This document shows positions 61,750-64,000 of a stretch of DNA of 64,000 nucleotides, one piece after another. The translations under genes were made by a program, and so were the position numbers. This DNA comes from Camelus ferus (lineage: Eukaryota). Where the stretch lies: NCBI RefSeq assembly GCF_009834535.1, contig NC_045719.1, forward strand, positions 11,966,001 to 12,030,000, in the 5' to 3' direction. The notes beneath the pieces were generated by a model. It saw nothing but the letters and a program-made list of their open reading frames with translations, made no database searches and was not told the origin of the DNA. Each line of letters starts with the position of its first letter. Position 1 is the first letter of the stretch.

Positions 61750-64000
61750 CAATACATAAGATGTGACAGCTATAACGGAGTCACTGAAAAGCAGTAATAA
61801 AAATAATGCTTTAAAGAAAACATTCCTCACCATGCTTTTTTTTTTTTTTTCAATTTTTAAAAGCTAGGAAGTATAGACCATAGATCACGGATAAATAAAA
61901 GTGAAGTGCCCCCAAACTGGTGCAGCAGTTGCCTCTCTGACTAGCACGTGTTGCAGCTCTTGTGAGAGGTGCTTTTTTTGCTGATACATTTTATTAGTTG
62001 CAAGAAGCTTCACTGGGTGACATAGTTGTCATAGTCATTTTACAAACTTGTCCAACCAGCTAGCAAATATACTAAACTTCCACTACTTTACAAATGGAAA
62101 TAATAACGTGTGCGTGCACACACACACACACACACAGGGAAATCCTTATTTCCGGAAGGATATCAAAGAAGGGATAAAACAAACTCCGGCTGCCAGCTGG
62201 CCTTATTCAATCATTCATTCTCAGCGTCTGATGCAGTGTTGAGAAAATACTTTCATTCCATCTGACTCCAAATGGTCTGAAATTCTTACAAATATACATC
62301 ACTTATCCTTTTTCAGGTAAAATTCGTTAAGATCATAGATTACTGGCCCACGACAACATGTAAAACTTGGCCATATCAGGAATACTTTTTTTGTTTCCAG
62401 CAACACCTAAACATCTCATTTACTAGGCATCAGTTACATACAATGATCTACCTCCTCCACAGTCATACATATGCCCACAAGTGCAAAACTTCTAATGATC
62501 CTGTCAGAGTTGGAAAACACTGTTCTCAAGTGCACAGTGTGAGAAGGACTAAAATTAATTACAAAACATCTAAATATTTAAAGATCTGCCATATTTAGGG
62601 ATTTCCTAGGGCACCTAAAAGATTGTCGTGGATGCCTGAATCCAAGGGGCAAATCATAAAATTCCAGGAGATCAAACAATTTTAATACATGTGCCAATGC
62701 CAGGCCCCTTAGACCCTGGTCGTGATAAAGATGTGAAGTCCACAGAGCTGCAACCTGAGAAGCCACCGGGGCCGTCCTGCCATGGTAACATCATTTACCG
62801 TGTCATTACCACTGTCACCGTGTCCTCAACCTCAAAGCATGCGTGTCCAGGTGATAAATTATTGAATCTGACATTTCTCGACATTCATGAAGCACTCTGG
62901 CAGAAGGACTCAGCTCCCTTAACTAATTTGTGCAGTTTCAAGACAATAGGCTCTACTGGGAAAGGATTAAATTCCTGAGAGTTTACTGAAATGACATAAT
63001 TAGAAGTTTTAGGCTCTTTCTGATATGGGACAACCCCAGAAGCAGTAGCAGTAATCATCCTATTTAATTTAATAAGGGGCCAATTTGTTTTTAATGAACG
63101 TGTATGTGTATGTAATACTGGTTCGCTTCAGTGGGCTTGGCTTCTCCTAGGCCTCTAAGGTTCCATTTGAAAATGATTTTCAAAAGGGAAAAGTCTCCAG
63201 AATGCTTGGAATGCTTTGCTACCTGACCAGTACATGAACCCTGGGACAGGCGTGGGTCGGTGCGGCAACTAAGAGCCCGCATGCCATGCCCAGGAGGTCA
63301 GAATGAACAAACACAGTCCCCCAGCCAGCACTCCCGTCCCAACTCCTGGCTCAAGCCAGTTAGGTTTTTGTCTGTGTTTAGCAGAATAAGCCCAGAACAG
63401 ACATCCTGTCTGCAGTTAATGCAAGGGGCTCCATGCTTTCCTCCCCACTGACCTTGGAGTCTTGCAAATGTGATTCTGTTGAGGATGTGAGCTTCGAGTG
63501 CCATGCGTCACTCTTTCATCCACGATCAGGCCAGTAAGGTGCTTGACACAAACCTTTGTACAGAGGTTGCTCCATATTTTCTGCACACAGTGGGAAAGGA
63601 GGTGAGAGCTTCATGCCCGAGGAGCGGGGAGGAGGTGAACCAGAAGCCACACATTTCGCCATTTGGAGCAGTGATTTGTCACACGGACTCTGATGGCCTT
63701 AGTACAGAGACTAACTGCAAACATTGATCAGGGAATTCTCACTCTTCTGGAAGAGGCAGTCCATCTACATTTTATACCACGTTCATAGACGGTGCATAAA
63801 ATTCTGAATTTATAGCTTCACAGGGTTCATTCACCCTGCCAAGCTAGAGTTTACTGACTCGTCTGTGTGGAAACTTTGGAACAATTTTTGTTACCATTAT
63901 TGGTGGCGCCAGGGTGGTTTTCCACTCTATCTTTACCGATGTTCAGAATCCATCGCATTGATAGAAGCAAGAGGAGTTACTGCAATTTTAATTATAACAT

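Noticed and set aside
1-64000. Assignment of a host gene symbol
   Set aside because: No exon could be matched with confidence to a known mammalian protein, so no symbol is given.

Overview
This is mammalian genomic DNA, almost certainly from a camelid (camel/llama/alpaca), because it carries five copies of a tRNA-Ala-derived SINE matching the Vic-1 family. The window is mostly non-coding and looks intronic or intergenic. It holds many interspersed repeats: Vic-1 SINEs, 5'-truncated L1 3' ends (several with target-site duplications, TSDs), old L2 and MIR fragments, three MaLR (MLT1) LTRs, one intact solo ERV1-type LTR with a 4-bp TSD, and Charlie and Tigger DNA-transposon relics. There are also microsatellites and two ~150-N assembly gaps, both at L1 copies. 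I could not recognise any known protein-coding gene, functional tRNA/rRNA or CRISPR-type system. The listed ORFs look like chance ORFs of mammalian non-coding DNA. The main leads are: a hand-assembled chain of strong-splice-signal exons on the minus strand that stays in frame; a CpG-rich block near 60 kb with exon signals on both strands; a G4/E-box/Meis cluster at 13.5 kb; an AT-rich perfect palindrome flanked by direct repeats at 61.4-61.8 kb; and an unassigned poly(A)-tailed GC-rich segment at 20.6-20.9 kb. All gene-model claims are low-confidence hypotheses, and repeat subfamily names come from remembered consensus similarity, not from a search.
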